Origin: Promethearchaeota archaeon | GTDB taxonomy: Archaea; Asgardarchaeota; Lokiarchaeia; Sigyniarchaeales; SOKP01 | Assembly: GCA_048941015.1 (NCBI GenBank) | Contig: JBHLNZ010000016.1 | Location: 1-52,074, forward strand | Direction: 5' to 3' | DNA length: 52,074 nucleotides | In this document: piece after piece, positions 49,820 to 52,074 of the stretch | Numbering within the stretch: the stretch's first letter is position 1 | Layout of the letters: every line of letters begins with the position of its first letter | Translations under genes and position numbers: made by a program | Notes under the pieces: model-generated | What the model was told of the DNA's origin: nothing | The model's input: the letters and a program-made list of their open reading frames with translations, nothing else | Database searches by the model: none

Positions 49820-50680
49820 ATGTATATAAACGAGAATTCTAAAGTTCTAGTCCAAGGTATTACTGGTAATCAGGGAAATTTCCATACCAAATTGATGCTT
49901 GATTATGGAACAAAAATAGTGGCAGGGGTTACTCCAGGGAAGGGAGGTCAAAAGGTATACGGAATTCCAGTTTATGACAATGTCGAAGAAGCTATAAAAG
50001 AGACTGGCTGCAATACTAGTATTGTGTTTGTCCCTGCACGATTTACATTTGAAGCAGTCAAAGAAAGCTTATCTGCTGGAATTAAACTCACGTGTATTAT
50101 TACTGAAAATGTGCCTGTTTTTGATATGATACGCCTTGTGGAGAGGGCTCAAGAAAGAGGATTGCATCTAATGGGTCCAAATTCTCCAGGAATCCTTATA
50201 CCCGATAAAATTAAATTAGGAATAATGCCTAGTGAAATGTGCCATTTTGGATCTGTAGCAATTATTTCAAAAAGTGGTACATTGTCATATGAAATAACTA
50301 CAGCAATAGGAAATGCTGGAATTGGCGTATCTGCATATCTCGGTATTGGGGGAGATCCGGTGAGAGGGAAAACAATGAAAGAAGCTGTTGAATATTATGC
50401 TTTTAATAATAAAACTTCTCTTATAGTTCTAATAGGTGAGATTGGGAGTGATGAAGAAGAAAAAACAGCAGAATTTGTTAAAGATAATGTTGATAAACCT
50501 ATTGTAGCATATATAGCAGGAAGAAGTGCTCCAGAAGGAAAAAGAATGGGACATGCTGGAGCTATAATCTCAGGAGACTTCGGTACTGCTCAAGGAAAAA
50601 TCAAAGCTCTAACTAAAGCTGGAGCTTATATTGCTAATACTCCTTGGGAAGTGCCTAAAATAATTAAAGAAATTTTATAA
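49820..50680 (+). CDS. sucD: Succinyl-CoA synthetase alpha subunit
   Basis: VQGITG, GPNSPG, GIGGDP, MGHAGA phospho-His motif. Confidence 0.93.
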   Translation: MYINENSKVLVQGITGNQGNFHTKLMLDYGTKIVAGVTPGKGGQKVYGIPVYDNVEEAIKETGCNTSIVFVPARFTFEAVKESLSAGIKLTCIITENVPVFDMIRLVERAQERGLHLMGPNSPGILIPDKIKLGIMPSEMCHFGSVAIISKSGTLSYEITTAIGNAGIGVSAYLGIGGDPVRGKTMKEAVEYYAFNNKTSLIVLIGEIGSDEEEKTAEFVKDNVDKPIVAYIAGRSAPEGKRMGHAGAIISGDFGTAQGKIKALTKAGAYIANTPWEVPKIIKEIL

Positions 50681-50724
50681 AGAGCTAATATAATTTTTAT
50701 TTATAATGAAAATTAAAGCTCCAT

Positions 50725-51894
50725 TTGTTTAGCTATAGTTATCTATTGGTTATGAAAAAGGATAAATTTAGTATGAGAGAGATTTCATATAAACAATATT
50801 ATAATAAAGTTCTTGGATCTTGGATAGGGCGTATAGCAGGAGATTTTGTTGGAGCTCCTGTAGAATTCATGCCCTATTATGATATAAAAAGAAAATATGG
50901 TAAAATAACTCATTTTCCTGAACCTATAAATTTAAGTTATGTGAATGATGACGAGATGTATGAGATTTGTGCATTAATTGCATTGGAAAAGAAAGGAATC
51001 AATCTTACATCAAAAGATATCGCCGAAGAATGGATAAATCTCTTATACAAAATGAATTACACTGCTGAGAAAGTGGCATTAGACAATTTGAGAGCAGGAA
51101 TCTGGCCACCAGAATCAGGAAAGTTTAATAATGAATATTTTGACGCTGTTGGCGCCCAAATGCGAGCAGAGATCTGGGGTCAAATTACTCCAGGATGCCC
51201 TATTATGGCAAAAAAATATGCAGAAACAGATGGATGTATCTCCCATTCTGGTATTGGAATTGAAGGTGAAATTTTTATTGCAGTGTTAATTTCTCAAGCT
51301 TTTTTTGAGAAAAATATTCAAAAAAATATTCAAATAGCTCTTGAATTTATTCCTAAAAAAGAAAATAGTTTATATACTCAATTTATTCTTAACGCTATGG
51401 ATATTTACTCCCAATTCCCGGAAGATTATATAAAAGGAAGAAGAGAATTAATTAGATTTTGGAATAAAGTTAGAAGGGATTTAGTAAAAAGTACGCCTAT
51501 TAATGATTTTAAAAGGTTAAGTTTTTTAACTGAAATAAAGCCTAATATTCATACCCCTGATGTTCATGTACTTCCCAACATAGGTATAATTATTTTGTCT
51601 TTGCTATATGGAGCACAGAATAGTGTAGATCCTCTTGGGAAATCTATTTGTACATCTGCAATGATGGGATTAGACACAGATTGTAACTGTGGAAACATTG
51701 GTGCAATAATAGGTGCACAGATTGGTGCTAAGAAAATCCCTCAAAAATGGAGTGAACCATTAAAAGATACCTTTTCAACCTTCGTGAAAGGATATGAGAA
51801 GTGGAAAATTACTGATTTAGCCAAAAAAGTTAGTGAAATAGGATTAAAAGTTATTAATGAGAAATGTAAAGATCAAATAAAAATTATTAAATAA
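50725..51894 (+). CDS. ADP-ribosylglycohydrolase family protein
   Basis: GDFVGAPVE, NDDE, GAQMRAE, GLDTDCNCGNIGAIIG; true start probably a downstream ATG. Confidence 0.85.
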   Translation: MFSYSYLLVMKKDKFSMREISYKQYYNKVLGSWIGRIAGDFVGAPVEFMPYYDIKRKYGKITHFPEPINLSYVNDDEMYEICALIALEKKGINLTSKDIAEEWINLLYKMNYTAEKVALDNLRAGIWPPESGKFNNEYFDAVGAQMRAEIWGQITPGCPIMAKKYAETDGCISHSGIGIEGEIFIAVLISQAFFEKNIQKNIQIALEFIPKKENSLYTQFILNAMDIYSQFPEDYIKGRRELIRFWNKVRRDLVKSTPINDFKRLSFLTEIKPNIHTPDVHVLPNIGIIILSLLYGAQNSVDPLGKSICTSAMMGLDTDCNCGNIGAIIGAQIGAKKIPQKWSEPLKDTFSTFVKGYEKWKITDLAKKVSEIGLKVINEKCKDQIKIIK

Positions 51895-52074
51895 AAAATT
51901 AAAAAAAATTAAAGTTTTTTATGGCAAAGCCACCAATCTAAACATTCATAATCTTTTCGCGCATTGAAAAAGGAGGGAAAAAGTTCCCATATAATAGCTG
52001 TGGGAAAAATTTTTATAAAAACCAACTCTTCACTTATTAGCAATATTATTACATAATAGTAAATAAAAAAGGAG

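Noticed and set aside
51909-52074. Hairpin ttccca...tgggaa and an open minus-strand frame at the window end
   Set aside because: Truncated by the edge; no recognisable RNA family or protein motif

Overview
AT-rich, gene-dense archaeal chromosomal segment. A longin-like protein, an SDS22-type LRR protein, many CCG-domain Fe-S proteins, GGTGA/GAGGT-type ribosome-binding sites and oligo-T intergenic tracts suggest an Asgard archaeon (Lokiarchaeia-like); this is inference. The content is mostly anaerobic peptide, amino-acid and lipid metabolism. It includes two FAD-oxidoreductase/CCG Fe-S pairs, three 2-hydroxyacyl-CoA dehydratase subunits, SCP2-like proteins, peptidases, a GH116, aconitase, fumC and sucCD. 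I saw no rRNA, tRNA, CRISPR array or transposase. The main discovery is a DUF6125-like protein-coding gene (29917..29373, minus strand) interrupted by a 29-nt insert (29829..29801). The insert boundaries fold into a canonical bulge-helix-bulge (BHB) motif, and cleavage at the standard endonuclease positions restores the reading frame exactly, making it a candidate tRNA-endonuclease-spliced mRNA intron. Other points of note: several genes apparently start at ATA/ATC/CTG, two unannotated paralogous zinc-finger micro-proteins flank a multi-hairpin, SECIS-like element, and the GDH homologue has a degenerate active site. All family assignments come from motif recognition, not database searches.
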